The notes below the pieces were generated by a model. It did not search any database. It was given only the letters and a program-made list of their open reading frames with translations, and was not told the origin of the DNA. Below are positions 27,101 to 37,947 of a stretch of DNA of 64,000 nucleotides, piece after piece (within the stretch, counting starts at the first letter, position 1; the number at the start of each line of letters is the position of its first letter). Source of the DNA: Nageia nagi (taxonomy: Eukaryota; Plantae; Pinophyta); NCBI GenBank assembly GCA_050084985.1, contig JBITNC010000001.1:49290001-49354000 (forward strand), read 5' to 3'. A program made the position numbers and the translations under genes.

Positions 27101-30100
27101 ATTAATGAGACCAAAGAGGCTATTCAAGAGTTATTCCTAGGAATAACTAATTTCTTTATTGAAGACAATGGGTCCTTCATCACTCAAGACAAGATCCGCG
27201 AACTGATTGCCAGGTGGGGCAATAGTTATCAAGTGATGCATGAGCTAAGAAGGAAAGTTGTTGGCATGCCAATGATACTGGAGTACTGTCATTAGTTCTT
27301 TTACCAGTATGATTGGCTATTCTAAGCTGTTTCGAAGTGTCAGGATTTCATCCAAGTCTGGACAAATTTCAAAGTAGACATGAAACAGCTAGCGGAATAC
27401 CAATTTGATCTAAGGCTGATCAAGGAAGATGGACGCAGTAGGGACTACTCCACAGTAATAAATGAGGTCCAGCTAATGATCAACACTTGCCTTGAAACTA
27501 AAGATATTAATGTCCTCAAATCTAGCAAACAGCTCAAATATGGTAGCAATATGGCAGTATGGTGCAGCAAAATGAAGAAGACTTCAAAGACCATCACCGC
27601 ATATCTGTTGGCAAATGAAGGGATAATGGAGATCCTCAACATCGGAGTCAAGAATAGAGAAATCTTCATGGGCACGGACTTCGAGGCCACCATTGCATCA
27701 CATGTGCAAACCGCAAATCAACCACCATAATTTTCGTCACTTTCAAAAATTTTGAAAATTTTGTAAATCAATCAACCAGGAAAGTTGAGCACCAAAACTT
27801 GACTAACCTTGCTCTCATGATCAGTCAGTCTGGCAAGTAGAGCACCAAAAGTCACCTAACTTAGTCATAGCAAACAACTATGTAATATTTTAATATTTTT
27901 TTATAGAATTAGAGCAACACTTGGAAACCCTAGAAATTGTATAAAAAGACCCCATTGTGAAAAGGTTCAATTTTTTTGTAAAAGGAGAAAAATTGTGAAA
28001 ACTTTTATGTAAGTCTTTTACAAACAAAATACAAAGTGGTTAATGCAAAGACTTGAGTTTGACACTTTTCATATTGATGTGATGGATTGATTCTTTGAGG
28101 GCACTCAGTGGGTTTATGTACTTTCACTTTATTCCTTTGAAAGCTCTTGGGTTTTAGGAAAGTTATCTCTAAAAAACATTAAAAAGTGCTTGAAGCCTAC
28201 CTATGTTTGTTGCTTGGTCCTAGCATGCAAGTTGATTGGGTATTCTATGTCAATTTCTACTTCTATGACATCTTGTTAGGTCCTTCATCCAAAACCATGA
28301 TCCATTCACTTTGATCTTTAAGACCTTCCATTTCCATTCAATTGAATCAGTCCTATTCGACATCTCCAACATTTTCGAGCATTTCCAGCCATGTTGAGCT
28401 CAACTTTGCATTTTTGACCATTTCTGAGCTTTCCAAGCTCAAATGGTTCAAAAATGCACATCTTTATTGTACTATCCACTTCCAGGCTCAAAATTGACCA
28501 AAATGCACCTTTTCATGATAATGACCATTTTTGAGCTTTTTGGGCTAATACTTGACAAAAACGCTTATTGTTGTCACCTTAGCTACATCCACTACTATCA
28601 GACTTAGACTTGGCAAAAATGCTCATTTTCGTCACACTTGGTATTTGTGAGCTCAAATTCTGCAAAAACGATCCCATCTCCACCGGCTACACTCTAAACC
28701 CAAAAACCCGTGCTCTGATGCTCTCTCTCAAATCTTGGCTCCTTGGCTCCAAAATTGGTGACTGTATACTTTGATACTCTTCAGGGTCTTCATCGTAAGA
28801 TCTCCTTGAATCAGTCCTTGATATCATGTTTGCACTCTTCAGAATGAACTATCCATCGCCAAAAGCCAATCTTAAGGCAATGCACCTCATTGCCTTTGCA
28901 AAAATAGGGTCCCCAAAATCTTGTATTTTGAGATGTGTTATGTTGGCATAAGAGATCTAAATCTGAATCATCTGACTTCTTAGAAAACACCTCTATGTAG
29001 TGCACCTATCCCTTGCCTTGGCAACGGTGCTCTAGCTCCCAAGTCTTCTTGCAATAAAAGCACTTGCCTTCCTCCCTCAACTTTCTCCAAGTGGCTGCAT
29101 CCAACTGGTTCGTCCAAGGTGGGGGGAAGGGTTTGGCCTTGCTAGGCCCCTCCTTGTCAACAAAAGTCTCCCGTGTGGCTGGCCCCTTGTACGTCTTCCC
29201 TCCCTTGAGGTATTTCATGGTCATCTCTAGATCATATGCAGCCTGAATGTCATCCTTAAGGTTCCTAGGTGAGCATACCTTGACCATCCCCTGCAATGGC
29301 TCCATCAATCCCTCTATGAAGAAGAATGTCAACCGCTCCTCAGGAAGGTGGTGAATCATGACTGCAATCTTTTGGAATTCTGATACATACTTTTCCAACG
29401 CCCCCTGTTGCCTTAGAGATGTCAAATCTTGGAAGTAGTCATTCTCCTTCTTCCAATCGAACCTCTTTACCAACTATATAGCAAACTCATCAAAAGAGGT
29501 AATGAGTGATTAATTCTAATTGATTACTCCATGTTACCACCATTCTAGGGAATCACCCTCAAAGTGTTATGATGCAAAGCGAATTGCATCTTCCTCCACC
29601 ATATTCGAGCTCAAGGTGAAGTAGGTGTATAGCTGATGTAGTCAAGCCCTAGCCATCATCCTCTTCCCGTCATAAATCTATACCTTCATTTTGTTTATCT
29701 TTAGCTGCAGGTCTCTCTTATCTTCCCACAAGCTTCTTGGAGTGTGTGGACCGTGTGAACTATTCCCCTTCAACCTTAGGATCTCAAGGTAGTTGTTGAA
29801 GTTGACATCTCTCTTCAATATCGAATCCAACATGGAATACTCCCTGAAAATCTGATTCAACTCTAGTGGGCCAAGAACCCTATTCTTCGCCTCTTCTCCT
29901 GACTTCTTGGCGAACATGGGTTTGGATGGCTTGTGGATAATGGGTTGTTACCCAATCTTGCCAACATCCTCATCTAGGTATCTCCCTAGGAGAGGGTTAA
30001 TACCCTATGGTGCTCGGTGTGAGTGGGATCTCAAGAATGTGGGTTCTGGATGACCCATAGATCTGTGGTGGGTAGACTCTCGATCTCTCAAACTGGGGAT

Positions 30101-33100
30101 CTCCTCATGCTCATCTCCAGATCTACTCTATCATCCATCCATGGCTCTTTGACTTCATCCTTAATAGAACATGTGGGGCTATGGGGCCTCTCTAGCTCTT
30201 CTCAACCTCTGACTTGCCTATGGATGGTATTCATCTATTTCTGCATGGAAGTGATAGCTCCTGTCATGTTGTTGGTGGCCAAAATAAGCTCATTGAATCT
30301 CCTCTCAAGCGTGGCTTCCCAAACCGGAGTAGGGCTTCTTCTCCTTGCTGATGCAGACCTCCTCTTGGCACCTCATTCTCTTCGCCAGAATCACCCTCAT
30401 TTGGCATCTCATTCATCCATGGTTGATGATCTTCCTCTTGGGTGGCCCTAGAAGTTGTCTTATCAAGTTGCGACTTTTCGCTCTTTATTGCAGATTCCAT
30501 TTCCCTTCTGATGCTTGACTTGGTGTAGTAGTTGTGAATAGCAGGTTTCATTCATAGGTTGGCCAGATCTAGGATCTGATACCACTTTAAAGATCCAATT
30601 ATAGAATCAAGTGCAAACAGCTCAAACAATGCAAGTAAACCCCAACATCTGATCTAGGGCATCCGAATTAAGCATAAACAACACAATATTGCCAACGTCT
30701 AGCCAAGACTAACATATACCAATATTCAAACCCTCACAATGTTGATGTATGGCTTACATAAGCATACATGCACAAAAGTAATCTAACGATGCAAACATGG
30801 AAAAGTATACGAGGTAATATGGAGATCAAACTGCCCAATGGTTGTATTAATGATGTGAAGTAGCAACAATACAATATCAAGCCCAATAGGGCTGACGTTG
30901 GCCTCAAAGGAGCCAACTAGGGCACAAAATATATCCTCAAGCTAGACGGACAGAACAGTCTTGCTACCTCAGAACCTGATCCTCTCCATTGAAGGAGCCC
31001 TCCTCAAATCCTAGAAACCACTAAAGGTAGAAGCTCAACCTCGGAATACCATCGGATGGGATAGGGTGCTGCACCAAAGCCATATACTAAAAGGATCCTT
31101 CAGCTTGCTAATCCTCCTAGATGTTGCATCTAAGGGTTTGCTTAGCGCTATGCTAAGTCTCTTGTCCTCTGGACGGTATCAAAGATAATAATAATCAAGT
31201 ATATCTAGCTATAAGGCTCCAATATCTTTTATAACACATCAATGGATCTGGATTGCATGCAGGAGTCATCACTTGGCTCCCATAATCCAATGTTAGCATT
31301 ATGGAGGCCCAAGATGCCCAATGTAGGTGCCTAGAGGTTAAGCATGCCTAACGTGGGTATCTAGGAGTAATTAATGCCAACATGGGGGTCTGGAGTGCCA
31401 TGCATGCCTAACGTGAGTCTAGGGATCATGCGTGGGTGTTGAGATGTCATAATGGGCCAACGTGGGGGTCTAAGAGTCTCCCCAACATTGGCACATGTGT
31501 ACAAGTGCTCATCCGTCCACTTAAGTGCTAAATGGACCTTGGGATTCCCACAATCATGTATCGAGATCTCCAAGTACATTAAAATACCTAATCTACGCTT
31601 GGGAGGGAGATGTCCCACTTGGGGCTCACAGTGGGGTCCATTGACTTATTAAGTATTCTATCATAAGTCCTAGCTTAAAAGCACAATTAAGTAATAAAAT
31701 ATAATAAAAAAGGAAATCTATTGGATTCTATATTCAATTACAATTATGCAAGGGGGATGTCACACCCCAAAACCCAACATCCAAGCATAAGAGACACAAA
31801 TAACAAGATTGACAGCAAAAATGTAATTGTATTTGATATAACAAGAGAGTAGCATAATTACAATTTTTTTGACCTAAGGAGCTTGTAACAAGACTTCCTC
31901 CAATAGGGTTATGTTGGATAGCTCTAGGGCTTCAACAATTGCAATGACAGCAAGGCAAAGTCCAAGACTTCCCCATAACTCTATGATAGAATTGACAGTG
32001 TTCCTCTCAAGAATGCTAGAGTAAGCTTGAGGCTAGCTTCCTATCACCTCAAGACCTCAAATTCAGTTTGCCCTAAAAGTGGCGAAGATAGAGTTCTCAC
32101 ACTCAATCCGATAAAAGGGGTTTCATAATCAATAATCACATTCTTTGGAATGTTTAAGACTCCGTTTATAAGCGATGTAATCTCTCTTCTAAACTTGCAT
32201 TGAGATGATCCAACGATGAGATGTGATCTGTGTGCTCACATTATCATTTTTCAAGATAGGGTGCCTCGAGATAGGTGAGATCCCATCCAATGGTCTAGGA
32301 GTACAACATCCAAGTGGTGGTGACATCGAGGTGCATTGGGATCAGCGCCAATTGTCCAATGCCCAAGAGAGGTGAACTAATACCAAAATGAATTTAGTAA
32401 TCTTCTTCAGTAGCAACTTCTCCAACAAATCTTGAACTCCTCCAAAAATCTCCTTCAATAGCAACTTTCCAATAGATTTTCAATTCTCTAGTAACTTTTA
32501 GCTAGCAAAAAGCGCAAGATCTCCGCTCTTCAACTTAACTCAAAATTCCTCCATGTGTGATGCCCTTCATTCCAAGAGGATGGCAAAATCAAGGCTCTAA
32601 TACCAATGTGATGAGCTGAACTAGGGTTCACTCATCAAACATGCCCTAGGAGAGGGACATTTGTCTTGTTCCTCTAAATTTAACCAAACAAGCTCAAAAT
32701 GCACAAATAATTTCGACGTCTAGGCAAATACGAATACAAACATGCAAATATCTCCCACAATCCAACATGGCATTTATGAAGCAAAAATAATATTCAAACA
32801 ATGGAATAATCACTCCAAAACCCAACATCCAAGCACAAGAGAGAAAAATAGCAACATTGACAGCAAAAATGTAATTGTATTTGATAGAACAAGAGAGTAG
32901 CACAATTACAATATTTTTGACCTAAGGAGCTTGTACCGAGACTTCCTCCAATAGGGTTATGTTGGATAGCTCTAGGGCTTCACCAATTGTAGTAGTAACA
33001 AGGCCAAGTCCAGGACTTCCCCACAACTTTGTGATCAAACTGATAGTGTTCCTCTCAAGAATGCTAGAGTAAGCTTGAGGTTAGCTTCCTATCACCTCTA

Positions 33101-35001
33101 GACCTCAAATGCAGGTTGCCCTACAAGTGGTGAAGATAGAGTTCTCACACTCAATCTGATAAAAGGGTTTCATAATCAATAATCACATACTTAGGAATGT
33201 TCAAGACTCCTTTTATAGGCGATGCAATCTCTCTTCTAATCTTGCATTGAGATGATTCAACGATGAGGAGATGTGATCCGTGTGCTCACATTATTATTGT
33301 CCAAGATGGGGTGCCTCGAGATAGGTGAGATCACATCCAACAATCCAGAATGCAACGTCCAAGTGGTGGTGATGTTGAGGTGCATTGGGATCAGTTTCAG
33401 GTGTCCAATGCCCAAGAGAGGTGACATGGGGCCTTGGGATGCCAAGAACTCCAACATGGGGGTGAATTAGACCCTAAATGCCCAACGTCCAAGTGTGGGG
33501 CTCTTCCAACACCTCGTGATGCCAAATAATTCCTTGAGATGCCACGTCCAACCTTGGAGCTCTTAATGATGCCTCGTAGTCAATGCAATCACCTAGAGGG
33601 TTGCTCTACCTCAAAAAGGGGAGCACTAATGATTAGAGATAGATCAATGCCAATATTACAACTTTCAAAGCTAAAAATTTGCAACACCTCTTTTAGAGAG
33701 ACTAATATTGCATTTACAAATATAATTGCCTTCGTATTATAAATACATTATTATTGGCATTTTAGGTAATTAACTAAATGCAATAAAAAGGCCATTTATT
33801 TCATAATTGGAGCTTTTAACTAAGTCTTTAAATGGAATTTACATCATTTGGCCAAATCATACAAACATAGACAAAATCACACCTAAATTAATGTTCCCAT
33901 TTATCAAAGGTGAAATGGGAAAAACACCTAAAAAATGGGTACATTACAGAAAAACATATTTCCTACCTTGATCTAGGCTGTATTGAATTTCTCAATAAAT
34001 AAAGCTTGGTGTTGTGTATGCAAAATACCTAGATCTGATTGGGTTTGCCTAAATATGTATTTTTCTTTCAATATTATTTCAGATCTACAATTTAGAGCTT
34101 GAAGTTTAGTAGATCTGCATACCTAAGGTTTGTATTTCAGTTTGGGCACATTATACACTGTATAAGGCTATGGGCCCTTTCAATCTCTGTTTTTACCTTA
34201 AGCAAAAATATATATGCACAAAATTACTTTGATGAACAATGTTAAAATTAGGCTTTGGATGGAATATGTCAGGAATCATACCAGCAATTTTCGCTCTTCC
34301 AAGAACAATGTCAGTTGAGTAGGTCCAGCATGCATGAGATTCTCAATCTACAAAAATCAGTTAGGAGCCAAATATTGAGATTGTCATATTTGAAAAGCAG
34401 AATTTTCTATTGTGAAAGTATCCTTACAGATTGAAATACCTCTTGCTGGGATGATGGTTTAGCAGGACGGTATGTGTAATTTCTCCTTGTATTCCAAACC
34501 CAAAACTTTTGACAATTTGTTGGAATGCCGAATTTCTCAGCAAGAATATCCTACAATTCCAAAGCAACTAGAAAGATGCCCAAAAGGATTTGATAATATT
34601 TTGCAAGTACATGATGTGAATGTAAACTCCAAGGTACTTATTTATGTCTACTTATCCATTTACATGTATCAAACAATTCACCTTAATTTGCAACAGAGGG
34701 GTATTTCTTTGAATACGAAGGCTCTGAACCTTGTCAACATTAACAAGGTCAAAAAGTATATCCTTTCCTATTTGCATTTGCAGAGAAGCTTCAGAAACCA
34801 CCTAAACCAGCACCATGGAAAATTAGAGTGCAAATGGTATCTGCATGTCATTTGATAAATAATAAATATATAACAATTTAGTATATTAAAGAATAGCATG
34901 ACACCCATGTTCATAACATATTAAGAGGAAATACAAATGTGAACCTTTATATTTATATGTTGTCGAGATTCTCTCTTATCTTCTCCTTCACAATCATTTT
35001 C
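93..35001 (-). CDS. UBP12: Spliced UBP12/UBP13-like (USP7 family) ubiquitin-specific protease, C-terminal UBL region: 15 exons, continues beyond the left edge; MATH and catalytic exons not in the window
   Basis: Exons 34945-35001, 34682-34801, 34428-34550, 34282-34347, 20218-20309, 20009-20117, 18361-18429, 18027-18131, 10123-10178, 9848-10025, 9663-9764, 9505-9576, 520-585, 335-400, 93-179. All have AG acceptors and GT (one GC) donors with compatible phases and no stops. Translation follows plant UBP12 motifs in order (QIGKDIxFDLV, FGIP..QxFWxW..RxNxTYRP, EDIxLFFKxYDP, GDIIC, VVHFRxLEKPKED, SKIRLTxHN, SDILYYExLD, RAEE|IPExE, IHVYHF). Confidence 0.93.
335..400 (-). CDS. UBP12: UBP12-like exon VLCPNEKLKYIVSEHFTYRAEE
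   Basis: TAG/GT, 66 nt; matches IFP..EKIENINDQYWTLRAEE. Confidence 0.9.
520..585 (-). CDS. UBP12: UBP12-like exon VEMSDQQAELRILQIAGHRICK
   Basis: AAG/GTAATA, 66 nt; matches VELSHPxAELRLLEVFYHKIYK. Confidence 0.9.
1982..2101 (+). repeat. 30-bp degenerate tandem repeat x4 just after the PBS
   Basis: Units such as CAGATCTAATAGATCTACAACTATTTTGAG and CAGATCTAGTAGATCTACAAGAGTTTTGAG. Confidence 0.75.
2565..3560 (+). pseudogene. PDS5: Intronless PDS5 (cohesin regulator, plant PDS5C/D/E-type) N-terminal HEAT domain with acidic tail; one in-frame TGA at 2751-2753
   Basis: MAPLEGKELVERL...LKHTNMQVRIMVTSCLSRVLRIFAPKAPYND...RRVVILETFAKTKMSCILIDLDTDELVYEMFHHY...RCEKELRPFL follows the plant PDS5 consensus LLRHSDxDVKxxVASCISEITRITAPxAPYDD...KRxSILETVAKVRSCVVMLDLECDxLIxEMFQHF. 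Confidence 0.88.
4510..7085 (+). mobile_element. Degenerate LTR-retrotransposon remnant(s), ending in a CCCAACA LTR terminus
   Basis: Short GACTTT..AGCATG repeats 4525-5280; TATA-like CCTATAAAAG at ~5400; purine run GGATGGGGG at ~5971; shared AGAAACCTTGGGG...CCCAACA end at 6960-7085. Confidence 0.6.
7250..8237 (+). mobile_element. Truncated LTR (3' part) of the Tat-like family
   Basis: 7880-8237 similar to 52260-52618; ends AGAAACCTTGGGGTATCA...CCCAACA. Confidence 0.65.
8240..8676 (+). pseudogene. hAT DNA-transposase C-terminal dimerisation-domain remnant
   Basis: FGAKAPLQQLAVQILSHLCNSFRCECNWSVFEHIHSKSHDRLV*K*LNDLVYVHYNL matches plant hAT CERNWSxFEHIHSKKRNRL..LNDLVFVHYNL; internal stops. 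Confidence 0.85.
9505..9576 (-). CDS. UBP12: UBP12-like exon VSSHTITLPGESTVNDITKHLRAK
   Basis: CAG/GT, 72 nt; matches VVIHxIRLPKQSTVGDVINDLKTK. Confidence 0.92.
9663..9764 (-). CDS. UBP12: UBP12-like exon MSDILYYEILDMPLLELEKLKIIKVSFYNSNVEK
   Basis: CAG/GTAATG, 102 nt; matches TSDILYYEVLDIPLPELQGLKTLKVAF. Confidence 0.95.
9848..10025 (-). CDS. UBP12: UBP12-like exon NKLNTYDEVV...SKIRLTPHNSFTRRPGKQPIKYQ...YCNQ
   Basis: CAG/GT, 178 nt, phase 2 to 0; matches SKxxTYDDVVERVA..LGLDDPSKIRLTSHNCYSQQPKPQPIKY. Confidence 0.95.
10123..10178 (-). CDS. UBP12: UBP12-like exon VVHFRKLEKPKEDGFSMEL
   Basis: TAG/GTGAGT, 56 nt; matches VVHFRSLEKPKEDEFCLEL. Confidence 0.95.
10705..16934 (-). mobile_element. 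Degenerate Tat-like Ty3/gypsy LTR element: 5' LTR 14632-16934, tRNA-Asn PBS 14609-14626, decayed internal region, truncated LTR copy 10705-11546
   Basis: LTR ends TGTTG...CAACA; minus-strand TGGTGCTAGAAGGAGGGG complementary to the 3' end of plant tRNA-Asn; 10705-11546 is a direct repeat of ~16058-16934; no RT or integrase visible and no PPT before 11546. Confidence 0.75.
12574..13080 (-). pseudogene. Acidic ORF remnant with a 53-aa internal duplication, inside the Tat-like element
   Basis: ExxNFTHLE...INDFMLFQ and ...NFTHLE...IDDFLFLQ; CTCAAGATGTGTGAA recurs at 12838 and 12997 (159 bp apart). Confidence 0.55.
18027..18131 (-). CDS. UBP12: UBP12-like exon LKNGDIICLQTSVDSMNNLRYPSVKTYFQHHGTRQ
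   Basis: TAG/GTAAGA, 105 nt; matches LEDGDIICFQK...YPxVPSFLEYVxNRQ. Confidence 0.93.
18361..18429 (-). CDS. UBP12: UBP12-like exon EISYRPDVKCEFINKLATYEENK
   Basis: CAG/GTGAAG, 69 nt; matches EIKFEPxVMCExxDKKxSFRxSQ. Confidence 0.9.
18689..19270. repeat. Intronic repeats: ~37-bp partly palindromic tandem x2.5 (18689-18782) and ~107-bp direct repeat (18950-19056 / 19163-19269)
   Basis: TTTTGGRCCTAGATGCCAAAACACTGAACA repeated; AATGAGCACTTGGRAGTG...GATAATGCTAAWTTAGAA present twice. Confidence 0.75.
19384..19420 (-). mobile_element. Possible Helitron 3' terminus
   Basis: Minus strand reads CCGCCCACAGCGGG (GC-rich, hairpin-like) followed after ~16 nt by CTAGT, in AT-rich context. Confidence 0.35.
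20009..20117 (-). CDS. UBP12: UBP12-like exon YTGSQFVKLARRPVDDIKKFKEMSGFRTDEEVELYE (GC donor)
   Basis: CAG acceptor; GAG|GCAAGT donor; matches YVGRLFVK...KLNEMAGFxPDEEIELYE. Confidence 0.92.
20218..20309 (-). CDS. UBP12: UBP12-like exon DQQILDLQSPKPKEDIFLFFKIYDPDKEEIR
   Basis: CAG/GTAAGA, 92 nt; matches KEDILLFFKLYDPEKEELR. Confidence 0.94.
22060..23620 (+). repeat. ~183-bp degenerate tandem array, ~9 copies
   Basis: AAGGCTAGGCACARG-like marker at ~22095, 22280, 22462, 22644, 22828, 23012, 23196, 23379, 23564. Confidence 0.85.
24479..27730 (+). pseudogene. Decayed ~1000-codon transposon accessory ORF (WSKVISECMAQQL..FYMSSYLVFLL domain, Pro/acidic linker, predicted coiled-coil C-terminus)
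   Basis: Chain of same-strand ORFs 24547-25570 and 26273-27730 broken by stops and frameshifts; TATAAATA at ~23695 upstream; no RT, integrase or DDE motif recognised. Confidence 0.65.
28954..31764 (-). mobile_element. Truncated Ty3/gypsy element: 5' LTR ~30587-31764, tRNA-Met-type PBS 30573-30584, decayed gag with zinc knuckle
   Basis: RFDWKKENDYFQDLTSLRQQGALEKYVSEFQ..FFIEGL and CFYCKKTWELEHRC in 29006-29473; TGGTATCAGATCC on the minus strand; LTR related to 61719-62748. Confidence 0.85.
31765..33948 (-). mobile_element. Deleted LTR element: 5' LTR 32607-33948, PBS 32594-32605, ~215-bp internal remnant, partial LTR copy 31765-32376
   Basis: TGTAATG...CATCACA ends on the minus strand; TGGTATTAGAGC PBS; 31765-32376 repeats 32813-33425; same family as 46834-48242. 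Confidence 0.85.
34282..34347 (-). CDS. UBP12: UBP12-like exon IENLMHAGPTQLTLFLEERKLL
   Basis: TAG/GTATGA, 66 nt; matches ..AELKLFLEVE. Confidence 0.88.
34428..34550 (-). CDS. UBP12: UBP12-like exon DILAEKFGIPTNCQKFWVWNTRRNYTYRPAKPSSQQEVFQS
   Basis: TAG/GTAAGG, 123 nt; matches EEVAKEFGIPVQxQRFWIWAKRQNHTYRPNRPL. Confidence 0.95.
34682..34801 (-). CDS. UBP12: UBP12-like exon VVSEASLQMQIGKDILFDLVNVDKVQSLRIQRNTPLLQIK
   Basis: TAG/GTGAAT, 120 nt; matches VARDEDLxEQIGKDIYFDLVDHDKVRSFRIQKQ. Confidence 0.95.
34945..35001 (-). CDS. UBP12: UBP12-like exon ENDCEGEDKRESRQHINIK (5' boundary uncertain: 35001, ATG at 35013, or 35027)
   Basis: AAG|GTTCAC donor, phase 0; weak match to KKEQEEKExKRxxKAxAHLYTIIK. 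Confidence 0.7.
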
Positions 35002-36249
35002 CTGTTCTTCCATCAAAATATGGTAAGCTTTGATACAAGTAAATTGAATCCAAATAGAAAGACATATATATCATATAAGAATAAAACAAATAAAAGCTGC
35101 TCACATCTACTTGAAATGCCTGATGTCAATTCAAACAAGTATCTAGTGGAAGCCTTGATTTAACCAGAAACAATCCTCTTTTATCATATAGTGTATTATA
35201 TTGAGCAACGGAAACTGCCCTACACCGTCCTTGCCTCATATATTTTTTGTGAAAGTCAAATCTCAATACCTAGGTCTCAGAATAAGTTTTCATATATTAC
35301 AAACTTCTCTTTTGAGAAGGTTTAAATATACTGTAAATTTGAAATAGATGTCAGAACTATTGCAGTACAAAACCTGTGAAAATTTGCAAATGTACATCTT
35401 ATTAGATCAAACGAATAATATAAAAGAAATCCCTGTCATACTAGACCTTCAATGAAGATGAAGATCAATTGTCGTAACTAAAAGATGTAATAATGCATGC
35501 AACAAGGCCCTTAGTCAACTTTGAAAACCCTTTTTCTAACATGTTGATGCTGTTATTTTATGTGAAGCATATAATTCATTGGTGCAAATCACAAATGAAT
35601 ATGCATATTTCATCAAAAAAATGGTTTTATCCAGTAACTACATGCCATTAACATCATAGAGTCTAGGATCACACAACCATTTAAGTAAAAGATATGAAAA
35701 CAAAATGTCTGATATATTATAATAGGTTTTGAGTTGTGCCTATACTTTCTATGTATGATAATTTTCCTTTGCTTCCTACAAGAAAACAAGACAAAGAATA
35801 TATTCATATGTAATTCAATAGAATTTTTTAATTAAAACATGCATCCGATATAGGTCAATGCCACCATTTCTAACCATGAATTATTCTCTATTTTTTGTAT
35901 TTTACCTTCCAATGGCAATCAAGCATACTACCATACAAATTGATTTGTATTATATCACCAGCTTTTCATTCTATAATTCCACATTTGAATGCCTTAGGAT
36001 TATTTAAATAATCTATCAATGATCACAAACTTGCCATTTACAAAGATTTGTGCATGCCATTAAAACTATAAAAACCATATCAGAAATTGTCAATGGTATA
36101 GCTAAGATTCTCCTTAAAGCGTTCCATTTCTCCGTTCCTTTTGAGATGGAATGATCTTCTTCATTGTGTTTTACTAGCATTTAGGATTATTTTAATACTT
36201 TGTAATAGTCTAGTGTCAATGGGACACAGTAAATGCATACTTTGACCCT

Positions 36250-36970
36250 ATGATGATGAGCACTTCATTCTAGGCATGCAAAAAAGAGTAATTGAGCATC
36301 TCAAGGTGGGACTCCACTCTTCTAGGAGTAATAAAGTATTTTTAATTTAAATTAGGAGTCTTTATTTTTATATTAGTTGTGGGTCATATTTGTAATTTTG
36401 AGGACCATATTTACTCCTCAAAAGTGGATGCTCAATGTAGGAAGGTTTATTTATTAATTCGGAGCGTTTTTAAGTCTAGGCTGGGTTGGCCAACCACAAA
36501 TTAGAAAAAGGCTTCTCCAAAGAGCACTATAAAAGGGAGATGAGTGGCTCACTTGAAAGCATGTTATGATATCTTTCAAACCCCCTTTTTGGAGTGCATG
36601 CTTCTCTCTCTCTCAAGGCTATGGAGAGGTTCACACATTTGAAGAATTCAATAGAAGAGTTTTGGACTGTTTTGAGCAAAAGGATGAGGAAAAATACTTT
36701 AGGAAATTGGCTACCCTAAAGAAAACCACCACAGTTAGTGCATACATCAAATATTTTTAGAATATTGCAATTATGGTTCCTCACATTTCACAAAACATAT
36801 TCGTATTTCTCTTTATCAAAGGGTTGCTTGATCCAATAAGAGGATTTGTGAAAGCTTTTGAGCCACCTTGACTCCAAGATGCCACTAGGAGGGCACTATC
36901 CTTAGAAGCTTCTACACCTTCTAAGATGCATAGATCTAACACTCCAGGATTGCCATCATGGAGAGGACAA
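36250..36970 (+). mobile_element. Old Ty3/gypsy remnant, left half (partial LTR and gag), split by the copia insertion
   Basis: TFEEFNRRVLDCFEQKDEEKYFRKLATLKKT..FIKGLLDPIRGFVKAFEP; 36250-36550 resembles the reverse complement of 53900-54197. Confidence 0.8.
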
Positions 36971-37947
36971 TGAAGGATTTGAACTAGATCTAAACAAATC
37001 CTCTAGGACCTTAGACTAGGAAACTCAAATGTACACAAGATAACACAATCACTCAAGATAACACATCAATATAATGTGGTTCCTCCCTCCTTGGGAGTAC
37101 ATCCACAACTAGTTCTCTTATTCTCAAATCTATGTCTCTCTTACAACTATTCTCTAGTTCTCTCCTACACAACCAAGTAGAGTAATCTTACTCAAAACTT
37201 AGATATATTTACAATAGGAGAGGCCCTCTATTTATAGGTTGAGAGCACCTCCCTAACCTTCCTTTAACCCAAGGGTAAGGTTAGGGTTACATTAAATGTA
37301 TCACCAAACTTCAACCTACCAACTACCCACTTTGGTAAAGTCAAAGTCTACATACTAAAGAATTCTATTAATCACTTAAGGTATCTACATACCTTTAAGT
37401 GATTAATTGAATTTACAAGGAGTTTAGATATTCACAATATTTCATTACAAATTCTAACACTCCCCCTTAATGCAATATTGGGATAGAGCGTAGAAGAGAG
37501 AAGAGAGAGAGTAAGAGAGAGTTCTCCTCCATAGAGATACAAGTGGAGATGAGAACTTTTACATATTTTGAGAATCTTTTTGAGAACTAGTATGAGACTC
37601 ACTACATTACCATTTGACAAAAAATGGTTTACAATACAATCATTAACCACAACTGGTTTCACTGTACATAGTAGTCGATCAACTTTAAGCTGACATGTGA
37701 GTCTCCATGAGCTTGCTTTCACAAGGTGAGTAACCTGCATTTCTGAAGAAGATCCTGCATGCTACAAGCAACTCATGAACAAAATCAGTTAGATGCATCA
37801 TATATTCAAATAAGAGAATCAAATAATGCCATCTTATAAATAACTGATCAATGGTGCACTATAAGCCAAAACGGAGATGCCAAGCCATCACTCATAGTCA
37901 CCTGTTGTATATAGACATGTGTTGATTTTAAAATAGAGCATAAAAAT

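Larger units (their letters stand above)
20935..28953 (+). mobile_element. 8-kb unit with inward-facing LTR-like termini, 183-bp array, TATA and one decayed long ORF
   Basis: Left end TGTTGTGCCTGCACAACACACCCC..TTTTGGGGACCCTA..AAGGCAATG is an imperfect inverted copy of 28870-28953; short subterminal repeats 21200-21950 are mirrored at 28360-28700; no TSD found. Confidence 0.65.

Noticed and set aside
35105-35373. Possible linker micro-exons (CAG|GCATTTCAAGTAGAT|GTGAGC at 35105-35119; VLYCNSSDIYFKFT from 35373)
   Set aside because: Splice signals are plausible, but there is no homology support and the phase is ambiguous; needs RNA data.
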